Source of the DNA: Novakomyces olei
Taxonomy: Eukaryota
Direction of reading: 5' to 3'
Assembly (NCBI GenBank): GCA_016906335.1
Contig: JADEYG010000015.1
Span: 744,001 to 808,000, forward strand
DNA length: 64,000 bases
Shown piece by piece: positions 11,191 through 23,935 of this stretch (position 1 is the stretch's first letter; every line of letters begins with the position of its first letter). A program made the position numbers and the translations under genes. Below the pieces are notes generated by a model. It saw only the letters and a list, made by a program, of their open reading frames with translations, was not told where the DNA came from and made no database searches.

Positions 11191-12744
11191 ATGATGAGGC
11201 CTTTGCATATGGCAGAAGCCCATCGGACCCCCGTCAGACGTTCGATGGGAACCAATGGCTTCACGACTCCCGTACAAAGGCAAATGTCGTCGGTTCAGCG
11301 AAGAGGCTCTTTAGCCGCCTCTCCTTTATCGCCGTCTTCCGTACTTGATGGCGATTTTGCCGCGGTTGGCGATAAGGTAAGAACCCGATCTGGCCAATGC
11401 GGTATTGTTCGGTTTGTTGGGGTTGTGAAAGGCCGACGAGGCACTTTTTGCGGTATCGAGCTCATTGACGAGTGCCGAGGCCGAGGAAAGAACGACGGCT
11501 CCGTGGACGGAACTGTATATTTCCGAGTCGCAGCTCCGCTTTCTGGCCTGTTTGTTCCACAGGGATCTGTACATATTCTGGAGCGAGATACTGCACCAGC
11601 AGCACTGACCAACAAAATGGCCGCTCCTTCTTTGAAACAAACACCGCCTCTAACCAGAGGATCGACTGCTTCTAGCTCAGAGCATGAGGAAGCCGTGGGA
11701 GACAAAGAAGATTTGTACACTCAGCTGCAAGAGGCACAGGCTGCCTTGCAGAGTGCAGTTCACGATAGGGACACGTCTCTAGAGGAAGTATCGACTATGC
11801 TGGAAGAACTGCAGAGCCAGATTCGTCTACTGGAGAGCTCAACAGAGGCCTTGGAGGCAGATAAGGCTGATTTAATGGACAGGGTACGTGACAGGGAAGA
11901 GAAATTAAACTCTATGCGGCAGGAGAGACACGCCAAGAGTGACGAATTTCAATCGGCCTTACGATCGCTTGAGCAGTCCGCCGAGGAAACTGCGCGTGTC
12001 TATGAGAGCAAGCTGGCCGCTGCTCTCAATGAGCTGGCTCAAGTGCGCCAGGAAAGAGATCAGGCTAAACGGGACAAGGATCAGATTACAAAGGAAAAGG
12101 ATCAGTTAAAGAAAGAAAGAGATCAATTGCGGGAAGACTTGGAGCAAAGCAAAGTTCGTCAAGGCCAGTCGATGAACGAGCCTGATCAGCGTATGCGGGA
12201 AATGCAAATTATGCACAAGGAACTTGATGAAGCACTGCAAGTGGCACAAGAGTCGCTTGATACGGTAGAAAGGCATAAACTAGAACTAGAACAAGAAAAC
12301 CGACAGCTTGTCGATGCGGCCGAGGAACAAAGGCAGCAAGTGAGAGAACTGGAAGCGAAGCTAGAAATGAATGGCTCAGGAAATGCATCCAGAAAAGCCA
12401 TGCTTGAAGTGAACGGAGTTGATGCACATGAAATAGCACGACTTCGTCAGGAGAATAAGCAATTGCAGCAGCGCCTGCAGGCGATCAGTAAAGAGAAAAT
12501 TGCAAATAACGATGCGAAATCTGATCAGAGTACAGATCAAAGACCAAATTTTGACTCCAATCATGCACTCGATCAAAAATCAAATACAAGAGCAATTACT
12601 GGAGAGCGAGAGCAATGGTGCGAAATGTGCAATACTTCAGAGCACGATATTCTTAATTGCGAAGTAGTCTTTGGCTCTCAAGCTGCTCAAGCTGGTGAGA
12701 ATAATCCTGCAGTGGAGCCCGTGAGACCTTATGACAGGTTCTAA
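11191..12744 (+). CDS. CLIP-170/Tip1/Bik1-like microtubule plus-end protein
   Basis: CAP-Gly domain (GKNDGSVDG), long coiled coil, C-terminal zinc knuckle WCEMCNTSEHDILNC, terminal Phe. First in-frame ATG is 11191; the true start is uncertain. Confidence 0.88.
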   Translation: MMRPLHMAEAHRTPVRRSMGTNGFTTPVQRQMSSVQRRGSLAASPLSPSSVLDGDFAAVGDKVRTRSGQCGIVRFVGVVKGRRGTFCGIELIDECRGRGKNDGSVDGTVYFRVAAPLSGLFVPQGSVHILERDTAPAALTNKMAAPSLKQTPPLTRGSTASSSEHEEAVGDKEDLYTQLQEAQAALQSAVHDRDTSLEEVSTMLEELQSQIRLLESSTEALEADKADLMDRVRDREEKLNSMRQERHAKSDEFQSALRSLEQSAEETARVYESKLAAALNELAQVRQERDQAKRDKDQITKEKDQLKKERDQLREDLEQSKVRQGQSMNEPDQRMREMQIMHKELDEALQVAQESLDTVERHKLELEQENRQLVDAAEEQRQQVRELEAKLEMNGSGNASRKAMLEVNGVDAHEIARLRQENKQLQQRLQAISKEKIANNDAKSDQSTDQRPNFDSNHALDQKSNTRAITGEREQWCEMCNTSEHDILNCEVVFGSQAAQAGENNPAVEPVRPYDRF

Positions 12745-13226
12745 TCACATCGTTCTTATTGTTTATTTCTGGCTGATTTATTCGCACATTTTCTGAACAT
12801 ATTCTTTAAATATTATGTATTTACGTGTGTGTGTTTTTTTTTGCCATTCTGCTATCAGCGTCTCTTCTTATAGCTATTTACGTTCTTTGAACGCATTTCT
12901 AGTGTTTTACAGAATAGCGTTTAGGCGCACTTTATATTCATTTTGGTTGGTTTAAATTACGGGAATTTTGAAGACTACAAACTATAGGACTCTCGAGTAG
13001 ATCAACTCGTGTGTGGCACATTGTAGGCAGTAAAACGATATAACTAAAGCAAACAGTAACTCCAAAACACTAAAACACCAACGACCCGATTTAAACCGAG
13101 CAGATTCAGACGGAGAACGACAATTCACCGTCTTCCACTACATATTTCCATTTACTTTTGTTTTGGTTTCGGTTTTGCTGTAGAAAGATACCAAAGCCCT
13201 CACAGTTCCCACTCCATTCGCTCCCT

Positions 13227-13979
13227 CTAGCACGGTTGAAGCGCAACCAGATCAAAATGAACAGGCTTGCACTGGCCGCCAATCGACTGATCGTACAGAT
13301 TGTCAAATGTTCCAGAATTACAGCTCCAGAAAACAGTTGAGCCACCGAGACTAAGGGTGGCATTAGAGCAGGCACCGAACCCTCCAGTAATAATCCCGCC
13401 AGCCTGAATAGGTCCATCAAATTGGAACTGGCGGTTATCGGCAATGTACCCGTACCGATTCAAGCTGTCTTGCAGAATCCCATTGTTCAAAGTCATCTTT
13501 AAAGTCTTGCCCGGGACTTCACAGACAATCGGCAAAGAAGCTCCTGTCATTGCCCGGCGTTGCAAAAGGGCACGACGGGCATACACTGGCTCTCGCGGCA
13601 CAAGTTCACGCCTGACCAGTCTCAGCTTGCCATCGTACTGCTCTACCGTAAGAGTAGTATTGGCATCGTCCGGCTCTACAGTAGGGGTAGTATCGGCATC
13701 GTCCGGTTCTGCAAAAGTGCTGGAACCGGGTGACGGTGTATGAACAGCAATTCCAAAATTGCCCACAAAATCACCAGAACACCCTGGCACCCAGCCAGCC
13801 GCTGGCAATGCTCCAGGCTGAGGCAGACTCTGGGCCGGCACTGGAGCTGGCGGCGGAGGCTCGCTGGCATCGGTCGCAGGAGCCGGTTGCGTCTCTGTAG
13901 CCTCTTCAGCTTTTACCACATTGGCCGCTAGAGCAGCGAGAAGCAGCAGTACGATGCGAGGCAGTTTTGTAGCCCTCAT
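13227..13979 (-). CDS. Pir/Cis3-like cell-wall protein
   Basis: Signal peptide, dibasic sites, Pir C-terminal domain (GYIADNRQFQFDGP..GF..C..FWSC..NLY..C), terminal Cys. Confidence 0.85.
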   Translation of the reverse strand: MRATKLPRIVLLLLAALAANVVKAEEATETQPAPATDASEPPPPAPVPAQSLPQPGALPAAGWVPGCSGDFVGNFGIAVHTPSPGSSTFAEPDDADTTPTVEPDDANTTLTVEQYDGKLRLVRRELVPREPVYARRALLQRRAMTGASLPIVCEVPGKTLKMTLNNGILQDSLNRYGYIADNRQFQFDGPIQAGGIITGGFGACSNATLSLGGSTVFWSCNSGTFDNLYDQSIGGQCKPVHFDLVALQPC

Positions 13980-14473
13980 TTGTGTATATTGATGACAATT
14001 GAGACGCTGCTGCTTTGTTAAAGCTCAATTGCAGTCTGTCAAAAGATTGCAAGCAAAATCGATTAGTGTCAGTGCTCTCTGTCGTGTCGTCCAAGCACCT
14101 TGTAGAGGCACTTTGCAGAGACGGCTTTTGTCCATTCTAACGCGTGCTTAAATACTATAGTTTAAAGCGCCGTAGCCGCGTGCCGTGAATCTGCTCTAAA
14201 AGGGCGGCGACATGTGACACGCCGCTTAAATTTGAGTGCCTTGCTCAAATTACCGCTTCATTTCGTTCTCTTGTCCAGGCGCGTTATTTCCCTAAACGGT
14301 AATTTTGATCAAGTTTGCTCAGCATTGGATTTCGTGTTTGCAGTATAGCGCTGCTGCTTATCGGTTCCATACATTAATTAGGCTATTATAATAAATTAAT
14401 TTAAATGACACCTAATAATCAGGGCTTCAGCGACGAGCGGCTCATCCATAGGAGAGGCGGCGGCTGACGACTA

Positions 14474-16430
14474 ATGTATGATCAAGTCGAGTTTAATGGA
14501 AACATTGCGCTCGAAAATCAGCGATTATTAAAAACAGAGTTTCGATCTTTGACGGAACAATTACGAAGAGATCTAAAGAGCACGTAAGTAGCTTTGTATC
14601 TTGTCCCTTTTCCTCGACCGACTCTATTGCTTTACGATGGCAGGTAAACCTGCCGGCTAGATTGCACGTTGCCTTTGCAAATATACCCTTTCAAAACTCA
14701 AACTGAACAAAAAATCCATGATCGTCTAATATTCCAGGCGCAATCGGTTACACAGTATCGCACATGACCAAGAGTTTGTTGCAAAAGTACAGGGAGAATT
14801 AGGTCTTCCTATTGTCGGTGCGTTTGCCTGTTAGTACCAGCGTCAAGACGTGACTAAATTAAGACGTGAACAATTGCACGCAGTTTTACATTGAATGGAT
14901 TCAGTGAAGGTTTGATGCTACAGTCGTTGCATTAAATACAGCATGGTCCTTTTGTTCTTTTATTTCAAGTGTGAAATATTTCACTGCAAGCGTCTTTTCT
15001 GCAGCGCTCGAGTTTTATCACTTTAATCTAACTGACGCGTGTTTAGCAAATGAACGGTGTGGTCGGTATGTTGAAAGCGAAATGCTCTTCTTACTCGCAG
15101 ATGGTATTGCAGCACAGACACGGAAAGATGCTACTTCAAGTCGACCGATGGCCATACCCACTCTTGGAGGTTTAGCTTGCGTCGAATAAATTTACAATTG
15201 CTGAATACCATTATAAAAAACAATGGGTAGGCCAAAAAAAACTTGTAAAATCAAAGAGCAAAGAGAATAATGTAAAGTAAATCAAGCTAATTGCTGTCTA
15301 GCGTAATCATCGTTGACTCAACGAGAAGAGGCAAAACTTTTCCCGACGCTTTATCAAAGACAATTCCAATATGGATCACAGTGATAAACAAAGCCGTCTT
15401 TGGAACTGGCGAGCTGCGTACAGCCGGCACTGTTCCTGAAATGGAACACGAATGGATCGCACAGCTGATCGACGGGTTTGTGGCGGATTTCGTAAAGTGT
15501 GGAGTGGATATAGAGGCGCTTCGTCATGATTTAAAGCGACCTCTCGCACCTTTTTGGATCTCTCCAAGCGAGGAACCCATTAATATCGAGTCTATAGAGA
15601 GCTTGACAATTAAGGATTCGGCTTTAGACATTCAGTACTCTGAAACTCAAAAACTTGGCACTCATATCGACACTGGCTGTGAAGAAAACGCGAGACACCG
15701 CTCAGAATCCATCAACCACTACCCAGTCTGGCTTGTTACGGCATCGCGCGCGGTTAACGAAGGGTATGAACGGACAAAAGGTTATGTTTACGTACAAGGT
15801 GCAGCGGACGACGAGGAAGAATGGGCCATTAACGGCAAAAGTATATTGACTAGTGACATACTTAATGCTCATCGAGACATATTGCTTGCATGCAAAGATG
15901 ATAGCGAGCTTTGGTCGTGCGTTGAAAAGTTCGAGCCACAAGCTGGTCCGGAAGCCAAACTAATTCGAATCATACCGGGTATTCCTTTGTTTCTTGCTAC
16001 AGACGAACTATCCGCGGATCCGAAAGCAATTGTGATAAAAATTGGTCAGGAAACAGTCGTACGTAAAGAACGAATTTATAATATCAACGCGCATAAACTA
16101 TCACGGGCAGCGCAGAGGGAATGGATCCTACGAATGACAACCGATCCCATTTTTGCCGCTGCTATTGAAGGAGCCGGCATAATCGTTATAGACACAGACC
16201 CACGATTCAGTATGGGAGCGGCTTTGCTTTTAGCACTCATGCTCAAATTTGTTGATGATGAAAAGCACCCTTGTGACCAAAAAATGCAGGAGAAAGCGCT
16301 GCAAAATTGTTCAAAACAGCAGATCAGAACGCGTTTAGTATGGATCGTGATGGCGGCGCCTTTTGTGAATCCGCTGCGGGCGACTTTGAACACTGTAAAC
16401 CAGGCGTTGATAAGTAGTCGGTATACCTGA
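14474..16430 (+). CDS. RIT1: Initiator tRNA A64 2'-O-ribosylphosphate transferase
   Basis: Five exons; introns 14584-14737, 14818-15046, 15066-15100, 15227-15301. Spliced product reads NRLHSIAHD, ANERCGRWY, YFKSTDGH..W.FSLRR.N, IVDSTRRGK.FPDALSKTIPIW, YVQGAADDEE.W. Confidence 0.93.
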
Positions 16431-16700
16431 GCTCGTTGTGTAGCATTAGCTGTCATGCCTATTTTATGCTCAACACTTTTTATAGAAATCCTGAGCAACG
16501 GGACAAGAACCGTCGGAGAATGCTGACAAGGTCAGAATATAAGCTTTAGCGACTCTAAATGCTAATGGCTGGCCACTAATTTTTTTGTTAAAATATGACC
16601 AACAAGATATTGACGAGGCAAGATCTATCGCTTGAGAACGGCACATAGATATAAAACATTAATAATATTAAACCCCATAATCCTGTATCATTATAATCTA

Positions 16701-17353
16701 TTAGAAAGCAATACTTTCGCCGCAGCCGCATTCTGATTTGACGTTGGGGTTCTCAAACACAAACCGCGACTGTAAATCATCTTGTACGTAGTCCATACGG
16801 GACCCAATAATCTGGAGCAGAGCTTTGCTGTCGACAATAACGGTTGCCCCTAGAACCATTAATATAAAAACAAAAATAAAAATAAAAATAAATCACAGCA
16901 AAAAGCATTACCATCCTGCGAAACGACCTCGTCAAACTTATTTGGCCCGTTGACATACTCGAGGCTGTAGGCGTGCCCTGCACAGCCCTTGGTTTTCACA
17001 CCAATACGGATCATTTTATCGTCGTTCGTCATTAACTGTCGCAGGTGATGAACCGCGCGATCGGTCAAAGTTATCACTGCCTTCGCCGGCCTTCGCGAAG
17101 GCCGTCGCTCAAGCTCTGGCGCAGGTGTGGCAGACTCGACTGGCGGCTGTTTGCGATGGGGCGCTACTTCGTCCATTCGTCCCGTTCGCCGAAGAGTCTG
17201 TAGACTCTCGGTGCTGACGAACCGGTTCCTTGAGCCAAATTTGAAGTTGGCTCTGAGGTTGGGGGTTGCGTGGGAAAGGATCCCGCGGCGGGAGGCGGCT
17301 GCACGGCAGCTCGTGCATAGCTGAGCCCGTGCATATAATCCGATCATTGCCAT
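16701..17353 (-). CDS. ISA1: Mitochondrial A-type Fe-S cluster assembly protein
   Basis: Arg-rich presequence, KGCAGHAYSLEY; intron 16850-16911; exon 2 ends FENPNVKSECGCGESIAF*. Confidence 0.93.
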
Positions 17354-17947
17354 TTGTGAGTCGGTTTAGCTGCTGAGATTTGTTTGCGCAATGACATATG
17401 TATAGCAAATATAGTATATACGGGGAAAGTAATGTGATTTTTATACCTCTATCTTCCAGCTACTCGCCGGGCCAATCACGAGCCTTGGAATTTACCAGAC
17501 CGGCTCGAGCGTCGCCGTACTCTTTAGAAAGACGTAATAAGCTTAATTGGCAAGTAATGGAAAGTAATATTGCAACAAGAATATACTGTGACATGGATAT
17601 ATAGAGATTAATAATGCTGAATAATGTAATACTTGGTAATACTGGATACTTCGTAATACTTGGTAATACTTGGTAGTATACTTAGTTATAATTTTATGTA
17701 ATATTATCGCGCTTGTGCAAAGCCGACGCGGTAACTTTAAATAAATAAATCAAGAAATAAATCAAGAAATGATAAACCTAATCAGATAAATCTAATCAGA
17801 TAAATCCAATCAGATAACGCGTAGTGCACAATCATATGGCTATTTGAACAGATTTATACGGTCAAGACTAGAGAGAATGTGACAAAGAAGTATAATGACC
17901 TTTGACAGCGAGGCAAGTACCATCTACGTGAACACCGCGAGCCGAGT

Positions 17948-19591
17948 ATGAGCGCCACTGAGCCAACGAGGCTGCTCAATCTGAGCAAGATACCGTGTGA
18001 TCTCGGGCTGAAGTGTACACGGTCTCCATGCTTTTTTGGCCACCCTGCTGGCTACACGCCTCCGCCTTCTATAGAGCAAAAGCCCCTGAAGGGCCAGTCT
18101 GAAGGCCGCAAAAAGCGTCAAAAGACCGACAAAGTACCGGACAAGCCGTTTAGGGATGAGGCATCGGGATCAAAGGAGGGCAGTTTAGAACAAGATACGA
18201 CACAAGGCAGTGACCAGCCCGTAACCTCTTGTCGCAGCCAGACACGGGCACTTTCGCCGCGTATTGAAAGCACTCCGTCTAAGCCGTTGCCGGTGGCTCA
18301 AGCAGGAAGAGCAGTGGCAAATTCTGCGGCATCAGTTCACAGGGAAGCGCATGATTTTGCTAGTATGGCCCCGATTCTACCAGAGTACAGGCACAATTGC
18401 TACGTTGCACAAAAGCTGCGTGAAGACATGTTTATGCTGATGGCAAAAGAGTTGGCACGGCTACTCACGTCTTCACCACAGTCACGTATTTACGCAGAGG
18501 CACTATTGCGAGAGCAAAAGATACTAGACACGAACAACAAGTTTACATACAATGGAGCCTGCAAGCAAGAGATTATCCGGCTCAAACGCACACAGCCGTC
18601 CCAAGCCCATACTTTACTCTCTCAGCAAACACCACAAGACTGGTCCTTTGGCCGGCATTTTCCTGCACCGGGAAGGGCGGGCCAGGCAGCAATTGCTGCC
18701 CTTGTACATGCACCCTCTGAGCTGGTTAAATGGGGCTACCTTTTGGATATTCCTGGCAGTGATCCGCAAGACTTGGACAAAAGCGAAAGCAAAAATACAG
18801 AGGCAATTACAGTCCTTGGAAGCGGCCAGCTTGCAGAATGCGATCGCTGCAGTGTAAAGCACACTGTAACCCTTGTTCCCACAACGTGCACTTTCCACTG
18901 GGGCCGTAAGGAAACAGCAAAAGCAGGCCGTGAAAAGGAACGCAGGTTCACTTGCTGTGGAGCCAGTGTCGCCGAGGGTCAAAGGTCCGGGTGTGCGGTT
19001 GCACGTCACCATGTCTTCAAGCTAACGGACCCTATAGCCCTGGCCCAGCAATCTCCCTTCATCACTCTACCGGCAAAGTCTCTCTCACGGCAGTTTCGCC
19101 CTATTGTCGGCCTGGACTGTGAAATGTGTTACACAACAGCCGGACTCGAACTCGCCCGAGTCTCCCTGCTCGATGGACTAGATGGGTCTGTTTTACTGGA
19201 GACGCTGGTACGGCCAAGGGGCACTGTTCTTGATCTCAATACCCGGTTCAGTGGCATAACCAGCCTCGAGGAGGCAACCGAGTCAATGGAAGCTGTACGC
19301 AGCCGCCTCGTGCACCAAGTAGGTGTGACACGCGAAACGATTATCGTCGGCCACGGACTGGAAAACGATCTGAATGCCTTGCGCATCGTGCACTCTCGTG
19401 TAGTGGACTCTGCTCTGCTTTTTCCCCACGCTGCAGGGCCACCGTACCGAATGGGGCTCAAGGCGCTTGCAAAGAGGGTGCTCGGAGTCACAATTCAGCA
19501 GCAGGGTGCTGAGGGGCATGATAGTCAAGAGGATACACGGTCTGCCTTGGAGCTGGTATGGTTTATGGCAAAAAAGGCATTAGAATCTAAA

Positions 19592-19594
<3 letters not shown>
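17948..19594 (+). CDS. REX3: DEDDh RNA exonuclease, Rex3-like
   Basis: N-terminal CCCH-like motif, CTFHWG..CCG..GC..HVF, LDCEMCYT, GHGLENDL, GHDSQED. Confidence 0.88.
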
Positions 19595-19916
<322 letters not shown>

Positions 19917-20106
19917 GATTAATTAATTAATTAAATAAAAAGTAGCTTGATCGATTGGGCAAAACCATAAACATCAATCAAACCAAACTATGAGGATCAA
20001 TATGGACAAGCTCAACATTGAACAACAGCCACAGCCGAGTAAATATATGAATCCATTAAATGTACTATGTAGTGTTGGCAAAGCAGTCATTTATATCGCC
20101 AGACAC

Positions 20107-21888
20107 TCAAGCCTTGACACCACGGTGCCGCCATACGTGCCAATTTCCCAGCCACACACACATGGTGACTACTCCGACGAGGGCACTGATGGTGAAAGTC
20201 GTCTTGAAACATTTAAGGCCCACACAGAACCCGTTAGGATCAGCTTTCGCATCGTACTCCGACCCGTACATAAGACCAAAAAGCAGTCCGCCAAGTGCGG
20301 GAGCATAGGTCTGAATCCCCCAAAAGGTAGCGAAATTTTCCACTCCCCATACAGCGGAAATAACACTGGGAAATACGGTAAAAGTCCCACCATAGCCTGC
20401 TCCAATGAGGACAGTTGGCCAACCAAACAGGCTGCCATCAGGCCGTACTGCTCCAGTGGCAAACAAAATGGAAGCAATTACGGCAAAGAAATGTAGAAAG
20501 ATCAATACAAGGATCCTTGGAACACGGAAGCCACGATACCCGCCAGCAAGAAAGTCGCTGGCGGTTCCAACGATAAGGCGAGACGCCGTCGAGGAGAATG
20601 AGAGAAGCGATACCTGATACGAGCGGGCAGCTGACCTATCGCCCGAGGGCATTGACGACAATAGTGATTGGTAAATAGTGCCGATCTGGTATTAGAGCAT
20701 TTCGTAAAGGTCTGAGAGGGCAAATAAATAAACACGGCAAAAGTAAAAAGTTGTGAATCAACCAGTTCAAAAATTGATTGTTTGAGTGTATCAGATCTAA
20801 TTGTGAGATCAAATATAGATCTATTTCCAAAAAAAGATTAAATAAAAAGAAAAAAAAACAGCAGAATTACCGAGTTCATGTACATCTCTCCCATCCCGGT
20901 AAAGAGAAACCCAACAAAAAATAGCCAAGTAGTATGGTCTTTGAGGAAAGTGGGTAAATCTGCGCCGAGCAGACGGACGTTGTGGTGAGCAAGCAAAGGC
21001 TCATGCTCGCCTTGAGGACGGTGGTCGCCAGAAGAAAGCGGGTCCGCGACTTCAGACGGTTCTGGAAGCACCTTTAGGCCAAAGTAAGAGATGAATCCAG
21101 CGGTGCCGAGAACAATAGCGTAAAAAACCCAAAAGCGGGGCACGTCAATCTCCCTGAGCCACTCGATCTGTCCGTCCGGCAGAGTAATTGGCTCGAGGCG
21201 TTGGAAGAAAATGGCAGCCACTTGGCTCTGCCATAGAGCAGACAAGCCAAACGCAGTTATGGGCAGGGCAACAGCCACGCCTCGACGGCGGTCGTGGTTT
21301 TTCGCACACGTGGAAACGGCCGGCAGGTACAGGAAGCAGTTGACAGTGCCGATGGAGAAGAACACGGGGATGAACAGCCACCAGGCGGCTTTCACGACAT
21401 ACATTTGGTAGGCGACCAAGTATATTGCGGGGAACAAGAACCCGGCAGCCAAGCACAAGACATTGGGCCCGAGCCGGTCGCATATTGCTCCAGTGATGCT
21501 TTAATTAGTACAGAAAGCAGGCAAGAGAATAGCAACAAAGAATAGTCAAAAATAATAGTCAAAAAGACTCTTGCAAAGAGAATCGTGAAACAAAGCCGCC
21601 GCGGTACGCAGCAGCGCACGCAGCAAGGCGATGAGGAGGCGTCAACTCACGGGACCGGGATGTACTGTCCAATCTGGCAAGCGATCCCTACAATATTGAC
21701 TTGCAGCTGGGTAAACCCTAGCTCCGCCTGGAACACGGGCCCGTACAGCCCGTACACGGCCACATCTCCAGCGGACAAACTGCCGTTAGTTTTGTAAGTA
21801 ACAGAGACATTTACCAGTTGAGTACTGCGCAAGCAAACGAGACGGCGCGTCTCGCATTCGCTCTTGTCGCGGCATTCGGCGGCTCCAT
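20107..21888 (-). CDS. MCH1: MFS transporter, Mch1/nodulin-like
   Basis: Four exons; introns 21780-21814, 21499-21650 (AAG acceptor), 20686-20870. Motifs GAICDRLGP, TCAKN..RGVAVALPITAFGLSALW, WGVENFATFWG, FCVGLKCF. Confidence 0.85.
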
Positions 21889-22565
21889 GACGCGTTTGTG
21901 GCGACGCGATTGTTACCTCTCCGTCATACGTGGGTGCGTGTCGTGGGTAAGCAATGCAGGCAGCAGTGATAAGCAGTGATAGTATGGATATTGATAACGT
22001 TGAAACTGGTAATATATTGCAGTTTTGTGTTGGAAATAATCAAAATAATACTGAGGATTGATCCACCTTTCGTGATTTAGATAGAAAACTATAAAAGTAC
22101 AGTTAGCACCCAGATTCAGATTTAGGTGACATTCAATTATAGTAGAATCCAAACTTATTAGGCTTAGGGTTTGCTAGGGCTTGCTAGGGTTAGTTTGGTA
22201 CACCTGGATTAGTTGAAGCAAGAATACACATATATAGTTTACATAGCCTATCAAAATATCTATCCGACTAAACACAGTTTGTTCTGATAATTTTGATAAT
22301 TTTGATAATTTTGATAATGTTATTATATTGAATATAATCTTTGTTGTTGACTATGGTCTCGACTAGCCTCACTGCACCTTTGCTTGAGGATGCGTAGCTG
22401 TACATTGCCAAGTGCTCTCAAATCTCAAAGTCAGAGATTCAGCTAAAGCGTTCAGCAGTTTTAATTCAATATTACCAAAACAACAATTTCCAATCTGATT
22501 TACAACAATATTGGAATAATGATTGATAAACACGACAAGTATAAACAAATATTGACAGACGGCAG

Positions 22566-23136
22566 ATGACGGGATTCACGCTGCGAAACTTGGAGCCGAG
22601 CGATCTCGGCCAGACAGAGCAATTGATCGGGCAGAGTTTCGGGCGGGACGAAGTCTGCCCGCACGAACGCGTAAGCGCCGACTGTATAATCTAATCCTGT
22701 TAACCCTAATACCTCTGTGCAGATCAGCCAGCGCATGCACGACTGCCCCGAAGTCTGCCTCGGCGCCTTTGCGCACGACGGAAGTGCGCACAGAGCGCCG
22801 ACACTTGTAGGCGTTCTGCTCTGCACGCACATGTCCTCGCCGACGGTGACAGAGGCGGCAATGGCTAAATCAGATCCAAATGGCTCTTTTATTGGACTCC
22901 ACTCTTTAGCCGTCAGCGCTGCCTTCCGTCGCCGCGGAGTGGCAACTCTGCTGCTCAGAGAGCTGCAGACGCGGTGTGCTAGAGTCGTCTCGCCGCCGGC
23001 AAAAGCAATCGCTCTTATCGCCCACCCGCCGCTTGTCCCGCTGTACGAGGCTGCTGGGTTTAAGAATATAGGCGCCTCTGCCTGCTCGCACGCGGCGGGT
23101 AACTGGTGCGATCTTGTGTTTTTCATTGCCCAGTAG
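22566..23136 (+). CDS. GNAT N-acetyltransferase, Paa1/aralkylamine-like
   Basis: Exon 1 MTGFTLRNLEPSDL; intron 22671-22722 (GTAAGC...CTAATACCTCTGTGCAG); LHSLAV..FRRRGVATLLL and LVPLYEAAGF. Confidence 0.85.
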
Positions 23137-23365
23137 GCGGTACCATTGAGCAATTGTTGTAGATTTATTTTATTTTATTTTTATTTTTTTACGTTTGTTT
23201 CTGATGACGATAATTGTTGATATTTCTGGATCATTTTTCTGGATCATATTTCTGGATCATATTGCTAAACAGCCTACACCAGCCTGTGTATAGTATACAA
23301 CGCAGCATATGATTGCCAGCGTGCAGCGCGTACCTACAGACCAATCAAAGTTATAGCAAAGTCAT

Positions 23366-23817
23366 AGTCTTGAAGCTGTTGCAAGTCTGTCCTTAATTAA
23401 ACAAACATCTACCAAAGGATTAATAAAGCAGTCTTGAAGCTGTTGCAAGTCTGTCCTTAATTAAAACCAAAGGACTAATAAAGCAGTCTTGAAGCTGTTG
23501 CAAGTCTGTCCTTGAACAAACATCTACCAAAGAATTAATCAAGTCAGTCTTGGACGCTGTTGCAAGTCTGTCCTTAATTAAACAAACATCTACCAAAGGA
23601 TTAATAAAGCAGTCTTGAAGCTGTTGCAAGTCTGTCCTTAATTAAACAAACATCTACCAAAGGATTAATAAAGCAGTCTTGAAGCTGTTGCAAGTCTGTC
23701 CTTAATTAAACAAACATCTACCAAAGGATTAATAAAGCAGTCTTGAAGCTGTTGCAAGTCTGTCCTTAATTAAACAAACATCTACCAAAGGATTAATAAA
23801 GCAGTCTTGGACGCTGT
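23366..23817. repeat. 64-bp tandem minisatellite, 7 copies plus a partial
   Basis: Unit AGTCTTGAAGCTGTTGCAAGTCTGTCCTTAATTAAACAAACATCTACCAAAGGATTAATAAAGC; exact 64-bp period at 23611, 23675, 23739, 23803; indel variants among the earlier copies. Confidence 0.96.
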
Positions 23818-23935
23818 GGAAGGCCGCCTTTAATCAAAACATTTAATTAAAAGATTAATCTTTTGATACCTTTTATTCCATTAACTATTCATGGATAACC
23901 CTCGATAACCCTCAACTATCCACTACAATGCACAA

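Noticed and set aside
19990-20496. 168-aa ATG-initiated + strand ORF
   Set aside because: Mostly antisense to the last MCH1 exon, with no recognisable features.
22163-22195. TAGGG-like cluster as an interstitial telomere
   Set aside because: Only three imperfect units; too short to call.
23366-23817. CRISPR-like array
   Set aside because: Units are contiguous with no unique spacers; eukaryotic context and no cas genes.
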